Assembly (NCBI RefSeq): GCF_036365525.1
Contig: NC_090400.1
Location: 42,029,365 to 42,093,364, forward strand
Length of the DNA stretch: 64,000 nt
Direction of reading: 5' to 3'
Source of the DNA: Heterodontus francisci
Taxonomy: Eukaryota
The position numbers were made by a program, and so were the translations under genes. The notes under the pieces were generated by a model that was not told the DNA's origin, searched no databases, and worked only from the letters and a program-made list of their open reading frames with translations. Positions 35,779 to 48,000 of the stretch are shown piece after piece (position 1 is the first letter of the stretch; each line of letters opens with the position of its first letter).

Positions 35779-36992
35779 TCAGGTATCAAGAATGCATGAA
35801 ACCCTGCCAATGACAAGAAACCTACTGTTCCCATCCTATCTACTTGAATGGTAGAATTGATTCATTACATGTTTGTCTGTCGATGAGGAAAGAACCTTTT
35901 TGATCTGGTGTATTAAAGCATGCTTTTTGGAATCATACAAGTTCTGAATGTTTTCCTTATATCTCCAGTTCCGTTTCCCTAGCTCTTTCCACATTGTTGC
36001 AGTGTGAAGGGGTCCACGGAATTAAATGCCCACATTACATTCATCGGAGAGTAAATTATAAGAGTCTAATTGGATTTGCTACAAATTGTACTGATGGGTT
36101 GATTTCATACAGGCAACAGAACTGTCCTGACTTTGCTTCCATTTGAAGTGAATGAAAGGAAAATAAGGCAAGTTCTGTTAATCTGTACACAATCCTCCAC
36201 CAGATTTTCCTTTCTGCACTCCACCCAGGTGATGGTTAACATCCAGGCAGTAAAGCCCAAATATTATGCCATGTTTCTTCAAATTAGTAGATATGTGGCC
36301 AGTTATGGAATTTAGAAGTCACTAAATTTTGATGTTTTGTTTTAACAAAAAATGTTGAAATAGAAGTTCCTGTAGATTGACACTTACAGACAAATGCTAT
36401 TAACTGTTAGTTTCATCAAGACTCCTGAATGGCAACAAATATGTTGTGTGATAAAATTAACAAACTTTGGCCAGCTGTTTGAAGTTACAATTTTATTATC
36501 TCTGTAAGACAGCAGAGATTACTTTTATTGGTAAAAGGAATGACATGAGTTACAAATATTGAAAGTAATGGAAGGAAAAAGAGACAAAAACTGAATGTTA
36601 TGGTATGCATGCGAGGTTTGCTCAAGATGTCTGCATCCCTGAGTAAGACACAGCGGACAGTCATCCATACTGCAGGAGGTCATTCATTCCCTGTTTTCCC
36701 AAAATCATATTCAGGGCCACAAAAACAGTATTCATAATGCGCTCTGAAGACAGAGCTGAGAAACATAAGCTGAACTAAAACTAGATGTCATTTTTTTAAT
36801 GACTGTAGGATAATTGAGATTTGTTGTCAGCAAAAGAAAATAATGTAATGGACATTAAAATTACACTATAATTTAAAAATGGGAAATTATATATAACAAT
36901 ACTTCTTGCTGGAAAGGTGATTTTTAATTTCTGTGGACCTGATAGGAAAACAATAAAATTATTCCCATGGCTGTCTAAAAGAATGATTTATT

Positions 36993-37161
36993 TTAATTTA
37001 CAAACTCAAAGCAACCCCTTTTGTACCATTGCATGTCCTTCACACGGCGCATGGACTGAATCAAAGGCTGTTGAGCACCCCATTCATTCCAGTGCTTGTA
37101 TGATCCACACTCTAGCACATATTGATATCCCCTGTAGCCTGGATATTCATAGCCAACCCAT
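36993..37161 (-). CDS. crybb1l3: betaB1-like crystallin last exon (motif 4)
   Basis: Acceptor CTTTATAG; [55 protein letters not shown]-stop. Confidence 0.93.
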
Positions 37162-40100
37162 CTATAAAGTACAAAAGAACAAAATAATTGATTAAAGGGC
37201 AAGTCTTCAATTATATTACCAAGTAAATACAACGAATACCACTACTTCTTGTGCACATTGGATAAAATTAACCCCTCAAATCTGCTGTTGTCTCAATTGT
37301 GTATAAGTACATATATTCTGTAAACTATGTTTGTGTTGAAAAGGACCTGAAAAAATTATCAGTGATAGAGAAGCCAGTATTGATGTGGCTAACTCTCAAA
37401 ATGATGCAACTGCATTTGCTGTACAAACAGTATATGTTTTCCTGTTCAAATTGTGTACAGCTTTCACATAGTATATATGTAACACAGAAAAAGGCACAAA
37501 ACTATTAAGATTTACATGGAATGTATTGATGAACAATAGCTATTGATTGGTAGAGATCAGCACCGACAGAGGCTGCGGAAAAGACTATGCCCCAGGTCAT
37601 CCAACTCTCCCAGCTGGAGGGGAACAGTGAGAAGGTGCAAAAGCAACAGCAACAGGAAATATTTTTTTTAAAAACCTGTTTATTCAAACAATAAAACATA
37701 AAAATATGTGAAAAGTTACTTTTTATCTAATCAGACTAAATACATTCTTAAAGAAAAAATATGAACCTTTACAATGTTATGAATTTTGTACTTATGGCCT
37801 ATTACACAACTTGTAAAGACTATTCTAAATATTTTTCCTGCTTAAATTAACCTTTCATGACCTTTTAAAAAATGGTCATCATCAAACCATAAGACACTTT
37901 GCTTTTTTTTAAATCAAGTATTGTAATTTTATAACTGTATTGATATACGCATTATTTCTCAAGCATCCATCTTCCACCCTCCATAACACCCTTCAGTTGT
38001 TACAATCCCATGAGTCCTCTCTCAAACAAACTCCTGTATCCCATCCTCTGTCCTTAAAGGTCCTTGCATTCATTCTCAATCCCTTCAGCTCTTACTCCAC
38101 CTTGTCTTAGTAATCTTCTCCAGCAATATGTCCCAATCCACAATCTTCCCTCTGGGTTGCTGCTTATCTACTCGTCCCTTTACACAATCATCAGAGACAG
38201 ATCTTTCAGCCACTAAGTATAGCTGCTCTTTTGGAGTCTTCCCCAAAATCCAAATTGGCTTGCAACTTCTTTCCCTTCCTTCAAAAATCTCCTTGGCTAC
38301 GCTTTTGTTTCCTTCCCACATTGCTCCCATCTCTTGTTTTGCATCCTCTTCTTTTCCCTTGGGCAGTGTTCTGAGCTATTCTTCTACACAAGGTGGCTGT
38401 AAATGCAAGTTGTTGATGCATAAAACTAATACTGAGATGTGATTTATTTCAGATAATAAAGGCATTTTTTTTCAGATTTTCCAAACAGAAGATTCAATTT
38501 TAAAAACGTGTTCTATGAGGAAAAGAACATTACTCACGTTCCACCAATGACTTTAATACTGGCAACTCTGTCCTGAAAGCCATAGGCCCACAGGCTGGGA
38601 ATGTCCTCATCGCAGATCTCCATTTTTCTTCCATCAAAATTGGCACATTCATGAAGACAAATTTTGTGGTCCTGGCCATCCTATAATGGTTTGGCAGTTT
38701 TAAGAATTAAAAGTGATTCAATTGCATTTTTTTAGCAAAAAGGTACATTTTTCTGGCTTCATTTAAAGTATATCTTAAACCTTATATCGTGATCACTAAT
38801 CCCAAGATGTTCTCTCACTCTTACACCTCTTATCTGTTTAGGTTCATCACCCATTACTAGCAGTCTTTCCTCACTTTTTGGGCTTCTTACATATTGGGTC
38901 AGAAATAAATCTCATATACCCTGTAAAAACTTCTGTCCTTTCACTCCCCCTCCCTGATAGTTTATTTGGTGGCAGTTGATATCCCCCATTATTATGATTC
39001 TATGTTTTTTTATTCATTTCATATGTGTGCCTACATGTTGCTCCCTCCACTTTCCTTCCACTATTTGGTGGTATGAAGTGTACCTCTAATAGCCCCTTCC
39101 TATATATGCTGCCTTGACATCAAGGCAGCATTTGACCGAGTATGGCATCAAGGAGCCCTAGCAAAACTGAGGTCAATGGGAATCGGGGGGAAAATCCTCC
39201 GCTGGCTAGAGTCATACCTAGCGCAAAGGAACATGGTTGTGGTTGTTGGAGGTCAATCATCTCAGCTCCAGGACATCACTGCAGGAGTTCCTCAGGGTAG
39301 TGTCCTGGGCCCAACCATCTTCAGCTGCTTCATCAATGACCTTCCTTCAATCATAAGGTCAGAAGTGGGGATGTTCGCTGATGATTGCATAATGTTCAGC
39401 ACCATTCGCGACTCCTCAGATACCGAAGCAGTCCGTGTAGAAATGCAGCAAGACCTGGACAATATCCAGGCTTGGGCTGATAAGTGGCAAGTGACATTCG
39501 CGACACACAAGTGCGAGGCAATGACCATCTCCAACAAGAGAGAATCTAACCATCTCCCCTTGACATTCAAAAGCATTACCATCACTGAATCCCCCACAAT
39601 CAACATCCTATGGGCTACCATTGACCAGAAACTGAACTGGAGTAGCCATATAAATACCGTGGCTACAAGAGCAGGTCAGAGGCTCGGAATCCTGTGGCGA
39701 GTAACTCACCTCCTGACTCCCCAAAGCCTGTCCATCATCTACAAGGCACAAGTCAGGAGTGTGATGGAATACTCTCCACTTGCCTGGATGGGTGCAGCTC
39801 CAACAACACTCAAGAAGCTCGACACCATCCAGGTCAAAGCAGCCCGTTTGATTGGCACCCCATCTACAAACATTCACTCCCTCCACCACCGACGCACAGT
39901 GGCAGCAGTGTGTACCGTCTACAAGATGCACTGCAGCAATGCACCAAGGCCCCTTAGACAGCACCTTCCAAACCTGCGACCTCTACCAACTAGAAGGACA
40001 AGGGCAGCAAATACATGGGAACACCACCACCTGCAAGTTCCCCTCCAAGTCACACACCATCCTGACTTGGAACTATATCGCCGTTCCTTCACTGTCGCTG

Positions 40101-43100
40101 GGTCAAAATCCTGGAACTCCCTTCCTAACAGCACTGTGGGTATACCTACCCCAAATGGACTGCAGCGGTTCAAGAAGGCAGCTCACTACCACCTTCTCAA
40201 GGGCAATTAGGGATGGGCAATAAATGCTGGCCTGGCCAGCGACGCCCACATCCCATGAATAAATTTTTTAAAAATCTCAGTTGATTTGGATTCTCTTTCT
40301 ATCTCTTTGCTGGCTATGTCCTTTCCTGCTACTGTCATTGAGCTGAACTTTCCTGCGGGTGTCAGGAACCCAACATCAGGACCATTCCCAGGTCCCATGC
40401 CCAACCTACACATTTGTCATCCAATTAGGGATGGCAGATGGCATATAGACATGCGAGGGCCATTCGCAGGGGCCAAAGGGAGGGTGGATCAGCAGCCCCA
40501 CTGGGAATGGTGAGTGCTGCTCAGGCAGGTGGAGAGTGAGAGGGTGCCAAGATGGAGGCACTCACCTAATGGTCTAAATGACATGCAGGAACTAAGTGCC
40601 AGAACTGTCAGGGGCATCAATCTGCAGCGGAAACGCTTCCAGGTGAAAGCATTTGGCTGTGTATGTGCCACATAAAACCTTTCTGCTCCTTTATACATGA
40701 ATGTGCAAAATCTTATGATGGTGCTCCAACTTCCAGCTGTTAAGCCGCTCCCGATGTGTTGCTTGGCTCCTGACACAGTATTGGGCCCGTATGCTGTTCA
40801 TAAAATTTCATTTAAGTGCAAAAATAGGGGCTGATTGCCGTGCCGTGAAACTGGAACCCATCCTTCCCACACCATTCTTTCAGCCATGCATTTACATCCA
40901 TGATTAGTTTACCCCTATGTCAGCACACCGGAGATTGTCACCTTCAAAGTCCTGCTTTTTAATTCTATAATACAGATGTTATATATTATGCTATAAACAA
41001 CTTCTTTTAATGTCCTCAGGAATTATATGATAAAGATTTAATAATGTTCCATTTCAAATAGCAAAATGCAATTTAAAAGGAACATTGTACTCATTCGGCA
41101 TGAAGTTTGGATCAGCAGCGCTACAAAAGTCAGCGGCTATCTGAATGGGCTGCACAGTGTTCCCAGCACTTCCAGCGTGACCCGCATGACACCCCATGCA
41201 GTTAAGGTACTAACACAGGCATTGATGCATGCACCAGAAGTGTCTCATTTGGCCAGATTGTGTCGTCAACAGCCTTACCGGCTGATTTGATGCAGAATTT
41301 ACAAACTTGGACCACACAGGTCCATTCAAAGCATTTGCCTGTCACTCACCAAAGAACATGCACGCAGCTGCAAGAGGGATCCACCACTAGCATTGTTTAG
41401 AGGGCCAGGTACGCAACTTGCAGGTAAGGGGATTTACACTAACTTCTGCCATTGCAAAGTCTCTGGAAGTATTGTGGAGTAATTTTGAAGGTGTTGTGGT
41501 GAGTTTCTGGATTTAGCAGGGAGTGTTGCTGCATCCTCACAGGGACGACAGTGGATTTGGTGACCTGTCTGCACAAAGGCTGCAACAATTATGGGGGCTG
41601 CAGTTACAGTGCCTCAGTGTCCACAATATGACAGGGAGATGGAGCAGAGGCTACAGAGAGAGAAAGTGCTGTGCGACGTGTTCTGCCAAGTTGAAGCCAG
41701 ACTTCTCCCTACTCTTTGACAATGACAGGAGGCTGTCTGGCAGGCCACCCAGTGTACCCAGCATCTTGGTGTGTATCCTCAACAGCATGCTCCCATCAAC
41801 ATTTTCATCTGAGTCCGCTGTAACAGAACTCGTCTGCGACCTCGTCCTCCAAGGAGCTGGCATGTGAATTATCCTTTCCCCCTGGCCTGACTGCAGCCCA
41901 CTCATGCCCAGTGGCTCACCACATGCAGATCCCAATTCCATACTGGCATCTAACGTACATGCAGTGCCAGTATCTGAGCTGGTGGCTGTGAGTATCAGAT
42001 CAAGTGACTGTGCTTCTTCAACAACAAAGTGGTGATGTTTCTCTCTTCCTCCTGGGTGTGCTATGGCTGGCCAGGCAGCAGTTTTTGAGTGTCTAAAAGC
42101 TGAAAATCAAAAAGGGGATGGTGGAGAGGGAAGGGGGTGGGGTGTAAAGCAAGATAGTCACACCATCAGCAGCTTGCACAACATGCCATGTAGCAGGATG
42201 AGGATGAGGTTGAGAAGGGGCAAAAAGCAGGAACATAGCCTCATCCTCCATGTTTTCAATGACACTGGCTGCCACCCGCTTTGTCGCAGCCAGCTCCAAG
42301 ATGCGGAGAACCATATCCTCTGTAAAGCTCAGGAGATGAAGGCATCCTTGTTCCCTGCCAGTTCTGCTGTTCTACCTTCCATTGTGTGCTACCTTGTCCT
42401 ACAACAGAGAGGGCAGATATCAGTGATGGTGTTGCACTGTATTTGGGTGATATGCCTGCCAAAGCTGAAAAGCTGGAGGTATGTGGAAGCGGTGGGAGCT
42501 GGGCGTGAGGCTGGCATCATTGAAATGTATGTGAGGGTGAGGTAGAGTATCTGGATGTTTTGCATGAGTCTGGAGTGCCAGGGACTGCTTAGTGATGGGA
42601 CTGTGGTGCAATGAGCAGCGTGAGAAGTTGGTGGAGCGGGGACATTAAAATTCTTGTGGTACTGTAGCTAGGTTGTTATTGCATTGACCTCCCGCTCACA
42701 TTCCCTTCAGAGGATGGTCTTTGAGAGCCTCCTGCTCCCGCGGAAAGATGACTTCTTTTCTCCTGTCCACCTCCACCACAAATGCCTCCACTGCCACACA
42801 GGTGAACCTATGAACAAACATGCTTCCCTGGTGCTCCATTTGTGCAGCTCCCAAATGCAGTCAGTGCTAGTACGGGCAGCCAGCAGTAGCTCCCTTCCAC
42901 TGCGTGCAGCACCCCTTTAAGAGAGACAGACTGCCTTTAAAAGGAGCAGGCTGGCTGCACAACGTGCTGTCAGTGGACACTGAGCAGCCCCGTATTGAGC
43001 ACTGAGGCAGCTGGCAGTGCAGGCCCTGCTTGAACCAAAGTTCCAATCAGGTAAATGAGGAAGCGACACCAGGTTTGCGTGCTACCAGCTTCAATGGCAA

Positions 43101-46100
43101 CCAGTGTGGACAGGTCACAAACACAACCACCGAGCCCGAAAACAGGTCATAACCAATATTTAGCCCATTTTTTATGAAATCACTGAACACATTTCAAATT
43201 CAGATATCATAGTATAAAAATCATTGCAGAAGTACAATATAAAGTCTTGCATTAATTCTCTTCTTACCATTTTGACAGGTCTGAAAGACATCATACAGTC
43301 AGTGCGATAGCTGTTGGACCAGGAGTCCCAACGAGGATATTCTCCCTTCTCCAGCATAAACATCTCACCACAGAAGTTCTGCTGTTCATAACCCACCCAT
43401 CTGAAAAACAACAGATTTCAACAAAATCATGTTTGTCCTTTGCACATAACAAAATACAACTAATTTAATGCTTTAAAAGCAAGGATAGTGCCTTGTAAAA
43501 TGCTTTTCAGGTTAAAAGTTTCACATGAAAAAATTAGAAGTATACAACTTGTCATTGGTCATTGAGAGCACAGCAGTTGAACAATGACATTTTGAAACAG
43601 TTTCAAAATGTGTTAAAATTACATTGATGAAACAGTTCAAAATTGTTATTCTGAAGTAGTACATTTTGGGAAAAGGAACAGCGAATAAAGATATAGCTTA
43701 AATGGTATAATTTTCAGTGGAGTAGAAAAACAGGAAAATTTAGGGATATAGACACAAATCTGAAAAAAGAGGCATATGGAAAAAAGCCATAAACAAGGCA
43801 AATGGAATTCTGGGTTTCAAGCATTGGAGCACTGAGTAAAAGTAAGTAATAATGAATCTGTACATAACGTTGGTTAGGCCACAGTATTATGTACAGTTTG
43901 GGTACCCCATTACAAACAGAATATCATAGTTATGGAAAAGGTTCAGTGTGGATGTACTAGGATGATACCAGGAATAGGAAACTATGGTTATGACAGGTAT
44001 AATAGCGTCTGGTGAAGCAAACAAGGAATTACAAAAAGACCTATATTTATATATTCAGCTTTGAATATCTTCATTTCATGGGATAATTTTTGTTTTGCAT
44101 TACAACTAGTGAGTACATGATATCAGCAACAACAACTTGCATTTATATCGCACCTTTAACATTGTAAAATGACCAAAGGTCCTTCACAGGAGCATGAGCA
44201 AACAAAATTTGAGTCACATAAGGAGATATTAGGACAGATAACCAAAAGCTTAGTTAAAGAGTGTCTAAAAGGATGAGAGAGAGGTGGAAAGGTATACAGA
44301 GGGAATTCCAGAGCTTGGAGGTTGGGCAGCCGAATAAATAAGTGACATCACAGGAAAGCTGCAAGGTGAAAAAAGGGGCGGGACAGTGGCGCAATGGTTA
44401 GCATCACAGCTGCAGCGACCCGGGTTCAATTCTGGGTACTGCCTGTGCGGAGTTTGCAAGTTCTCTCTGTGTCTGCGTGGGTTTTCGCCGGGTGCTCCGG
44501 TTTCCTCCCACAGCCAAAGACTTGCAGGTTGATAGGTAAATTGGCCATTGTAAATTGCCCCTAGTATAGGTAGGTGGGTGGGGATGTGGTAGGGATGTAG
44601 GATTAGTATAAATGGGTGGTTGATGGTCGGCACAGACTAGGTGGGCCGAAGGGCCTGTTTCAGTGCTGTATCTCTAAATAAATAAATTAAAAATAAATAA
44701 ATAAAATAAATGATTGAGTAATTAAAGCTGGGAATGCACAAGAGGCCAGAAGTGGTGCAGCACAGAGATCTTGGAGGTTTGTAGGGCTGGAGGAGGTTTC
44801 AGAAATGGGGAGGGGTGAGGCCATGGAGGGATTGGGAATTTTAAAATGAAGGCATTGCTGGACTGGGAGTCAATGTACATCAGTAAGCACAGGGGTGATA
44901 TAAACTTGGTGCAAGTTAGGATATGGGCAGCAGAGCTTCGGATGCGCTCAAGTTTATGGGTAGAAGGTGTGAGACTGGCAAGAAGAGCAGTGGAATAGGC
45001 ACATCTAGAGGTAACAAAGACATGAATGAGGGTTTCAGCAGCAGATGAGCTGAGGCATGGGTGGAAATGGGCAATGTCATGGGAGTGGAAGTAGGTGGTC
45101 TTGCTCATGGAGCAGATATGTGGTTGGAAACTCAGCTTGGGGTCAAATATGACATATATTGGGGAGGAGGCAGATATGCTGTCCCCAACCTCCTTACACT
45201 CTGTGTGGGGAGAATATGCAGACCCCAGTCTCCTTAAACTCTGTGAATGGGGGTGGTTTACAGAACCCAGTCTTCTTTTGTTCTGTGTTGAGGGGAATAC
45301 ACAGACCCCAACCTTGTTACACTCTGTGCGGGGAATACATAAGACGCCTGCCTCTTTATACTCTGTTGCCAAGGGTGGGAGGGGTAATGCGAACGTGTCT
45401 GTTCAGGCTCAGGCAGTGGCCAGGAAGATAGATGGATTCAGTGGCTAGGGAAAGGAGTTTGTGGTGGGGGCTGAAGACATTGGCTTTGGTCTTTACAACA
45501 TGTAGTTGAAAGAAATTTCTGCTCATCCATTACTGGATGTCGGACAAGGAGTGTGACAAATCAGGGACAGTGGAAGATTTAAGAAAGATGGTGGCGGTGA
45601 GTTGAGCTGGGTGTCGTTTTAATGAGGTCATAATCAATTCTACAATGTCGTAAAATCTCTAGGATATAAAAACATAAGAAACCGGAGCAAGAGTAGACTT
45701 TACGGCCCATCAAGCCTGCTCCGCCATTCAATAAGATCATGGTTGCATTTCTACATCAACTCCACTTTCCCACCCTATCCCCATATCCCTTTAATGCCCA
45801 AAAATATATTGATCTCAGTCTTGAATATACTCATTGACTGAGCATCCCCAGCCACAGCCTTGGGGTAGAGAATTCTAAAGATTCACAATGCTCAGAAGGA
45901 ATAGCATAAAGTAGTTAAGATTTGTTTCACAACTTTAAAGCAGTACCATATAATGTTATGACTGTAGCACAAATATCCTGCTGACATCCAATGGTTTGAA
46001 TGAAATAACCACTTTGGAAAGGCACTAGAGGGCTACTGCTCCTTATGCAACCATATTGTAGCATAAATTGAGAAAGCAGTAGCAGGAGACAAAATATTTT

Positions 46101-47591
46101 ATGCTCAGTATTACTCACATTTATCTAAGTGCAACTGTCTCCCTTTACATGCAATCAAAATGTAAGGATCTCATCTTCAAAACTATCAAATATAATAATT
46201 GAGTATAACAAGTATGTTGTGCACTCCTTATTTGAGGATCACCTTTCTATGACACATGTTACATCTGCAGCCGTACACTTCTACCATGGGATGGAGCTTC
46301 ATAAACTCTAGAAGCTGTAGATTCACATACATATAGCATCAAAAATGCACTCTAAAGGAAATAAGTCTCATTGACTGACTATCTATGGGCTGAATCACAA
46401 GTAGGCAGGACCCATTGATTTAAAAAAAACTAGTTGGCCTATTGCCACTCTTTACACGTTGGCGGAAACTCTCATGCAGCTGTACTCCAGGACACAGGAT
46501 TAGACTATTATAGAAAGCGCTTACGGTCCACACTCAACGCGGATGGACCCCACTTTATCAAATCCCCGATCGCAGATGTTTCTGCACTCTGTGTTGATGT
46601 CCATCCTGCGACCTTGGAAGTTTTCATACTCATAGATGATAATCTAAGAATAAAAGAGGCAAGAATGAACCTCAATTACCATTATATAATTGAAGCACTG
46701 AACGTGAAATGCAAATCACACACTTAAAACCTATCTTTGTATCATTATTTCAAAAAAGCATACCATATACAGCAGCCATAATGGTTCACTGGGTAAGTGA
46801 CTGCTAGTGTGGCACCAAGCATATGGATCAGCAAGGTCTTATATTCAACAACCAGTGTGTGCTAAGTTGGCTGAGGTCTCAGTGCTTGGGTAAAGGAGTA
46901 GGAAGTAATTAGCCAGGATTCCTATTCAATGTTGTTATCCAATGACTGCTACTGGAAAGGGCTCATGTGTGGATAATATTAAGGACAGGACTGGTTTTGT
47001 CTGAAAAGCACTTCATGGTGAAATAACCTACTGATGCTTGCTGTCTCAGCTCACCAATGAAGAATGATCACTTGAGCAATATTGTATCGGTTTGCTCTTC
47101 CCCAAGTAATTATAACTCAAAAGAATAATGGGGAAGATTAAGCATGATCTATGACACTATATTCACCCTGTGCTCTTTTCAAACTGGCAGGAAAATGTAA
47201 GTGTGCTAAAATTATCTTGGGCAAATGTGATGTTTCCATGGTAAAACAAAATACAATATAGAGTACCTCACTATAATAAACCTTAATGATTTCAAGACCC
47301 CATTGTGCATGCCATGTAGACTTAGTCAGTTAGTCGTCTGGCACTGGGTCATTACCTGCAGCAAACTTTCTATTCACCACCCACAAGTTCGCTCACATTA
47401 AGATGTTGCCACAAGCAGGAACTGTTGCTTAATAGTAAATGCTCATTTGCACTGATCTGCACCTGAACTAATATTAATAATAGGTTATTAATAACATGTA
47501 AATCAAAGCACACCAATACACCTACCCTGTTATTGCGAAGACCTGAAGCAGAATGGCTTCCAATGCTACCCGGAGTTCCACTGTGAGACAT
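36993..47591 (-). CDS. crybb1l3: Beta-crystallin B1-like, 209 aa; join(47526-47591,46525-46643,43268-43400,38538-38680,36993-37161) on minus; probably the fish crybb1l3-type paralog
   Basis: All introns GT-AG and in phase; exon sizes 66/119/133/143/169, one Greek-key motif per exon after the arm; [35 protein letters not shown]...[28 protein letters not shown]...[16 protein letters not shown]...[14 protein letters not shown]...[16 protein letters not shown]. Paralog name from recall. Confidence 0.93.
38538..38680 (-). CDS. crybb1l3: betaB1-like crystallin exon (motif 3)
   Basis: CATTATAG|[48 protein letters not shown]|GTGAGT; 143 nt. Confidence 0.93.
38880..39105 (-). mobile_element. Old CR1 endonuclease fragment
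   Basis: Minus strand resembles GV.Y.PPNS...IIMGD.N motifs. Confidence 0.5.
39111..40272 (+). mobile_element. 5'-truncated LINE family B copy with open RT C-terminal frame
   Basis: ORF 39176-40210 (344 aa): [37 protein letters not shown]; closely colinear with 14825-15960. Confidence 0.95.
41100..43166 (-). mobile_element. Harbinger-derived element retaining a decayed Myb/SANT gene (left boundary uncertain)
   Basis: Minus ~42650-42840 reads [24 protein letters not shown]...EVNA...HKNFN; terminus AATATTTAGCCC at 43155-43166. Confidence 0.65.
43268..43400 (-). CDS. crybb1l3: betaB1-like crystallin exon (motif 2)
   Basis: TTTTTCAG|[44 protein letters not shown]|GTAAGA; 133 nt. Confidence 0.95.
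43660..44000 (+). mobile_element. Very old CR1 RT C-terminal fragment
   Basis: [17 protein letters not shown] and TRMIPG-like remnants. Confidence 0.55.
44375..44712 (+). mobile_element. HE1-type V-SINE
   Basis: GGGGCGGGACAGTGGCGCAATGGTTAGC, GGTTCAATTC, (TAAA)n tail. Confidence 0.92.
45170..45390. repeat. Degenerate minisatellite, ~5 units of ~40 bp
   Basis: Unit approximately CCCCARYCTCCTTAMACTCTGTG..GGGGAATAYRCAGA. Confidence 0.75.
45670..45892 (-). mobile_element. CR1 3' tail fragment
   Basis: ACATAAGAAACCGGAGCAAGAGTAG...GCCTGCTCCGCCATTCAATAAGATCATGG. Confidence 0.75.
46525..46643 (-). CDS. crybb1l3: betaB1-like crystallin exon (motif 1)
   Basis: TTCTTAG|[40 protein letters not shown]|GTAAGC; 119 nt. 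Confidence 0.95.
47526..47591 (-). CDS. crybb1l3: betaB1-like crystallin first coding exon (N-terminal arm)
   Basis: Tandem acceptor TTTTAG/CAG at 47603/47600, context [31 protein letters not shown], donor GTAGGT phase 0. Confidence 0.88.
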
Positions 47592-47761
47592 TGTGGCAAC
47601 TGCTAAAATAATAATCAAGATATAACAAGTGTATTTGGTTTGGTTGCTAAAAACATTTTATACATATTTGATTAACATGGTTTTTTTCTAAATTTCATAT
47701 TATATGAAGTTTTTACACCAGATACTAAGTTTAACCCTTTGAAAGTAATCCAATGGCTCAC

Positions 47762-47810
47762 CTAAAAACAGCTCAATCTTTTGCCAGACAAGAGAAAATA
47801 TGGAAAGTGA
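47762..47810 (-). other. Putative non-coding exon 1 of the betaB1-like gene
   Basis: Donor TAG|GTGAGC at 47762/47761; TATA box ~30 nt upstream of the inferred start. Confidence 0.65.
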
Positions 47811-47830
47811 TGTTTAAACCTCAGCTCATC

Positions 47831-48000
47831 CTATTTATATGCCCAGTGGACTTGCTTGTTGCTTTTTTTTCTCTCTTTTCAACCAGGTTAGATCATAAAG
47901 GGATAAACAAAACAAAATGGTATTGCACTGAAGCAGCAGAAGCTGACACCAGCTCTTTGCTTTGTTTCACTTTGCAACATCGCACAGATCAGCAAAAACT
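47831..48000 (-). promoter_or_regulatory. betaB1-like crystallin promoter: TATA box and Maf half-site
   Basis: TATAAATAG at 47839-47831 (minus); AT-rich-flanked TGCTGA (TTTTTGCTGA) at 47998-47989. Confidence 0.65.

Larger units (their letters stand above)
44125..45620 (-). mobile_element. L2 LINE 3' portion, interrupted by a SINE and a minisatellite
   Basis: ORF 44722-45372: [13 protein letters not shown]...TTYFH...[17 protein letters not shown] (L2 signature); tail ATATAAATGCAAGTTGTTGTTG on minus. Confidence 0.85.

Noticed and set aside
45170-45390. Repeat-spacer appearance suggesting a CRISPR array
   Set aside because: Units are degenerate tandem copies without unique spacers, in vertebrate DNA with no cas genes
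44722-45448. 216-aa and 117-aa ORFs with internal repeats
   Set aside because: Translation of a minisatellite fused to L2 remnants
46780-47090. Possible old SINE-like repeat (similar patch at ~32170-32310)
   Set aside because: Too decayed to assign family or boundaries by eye
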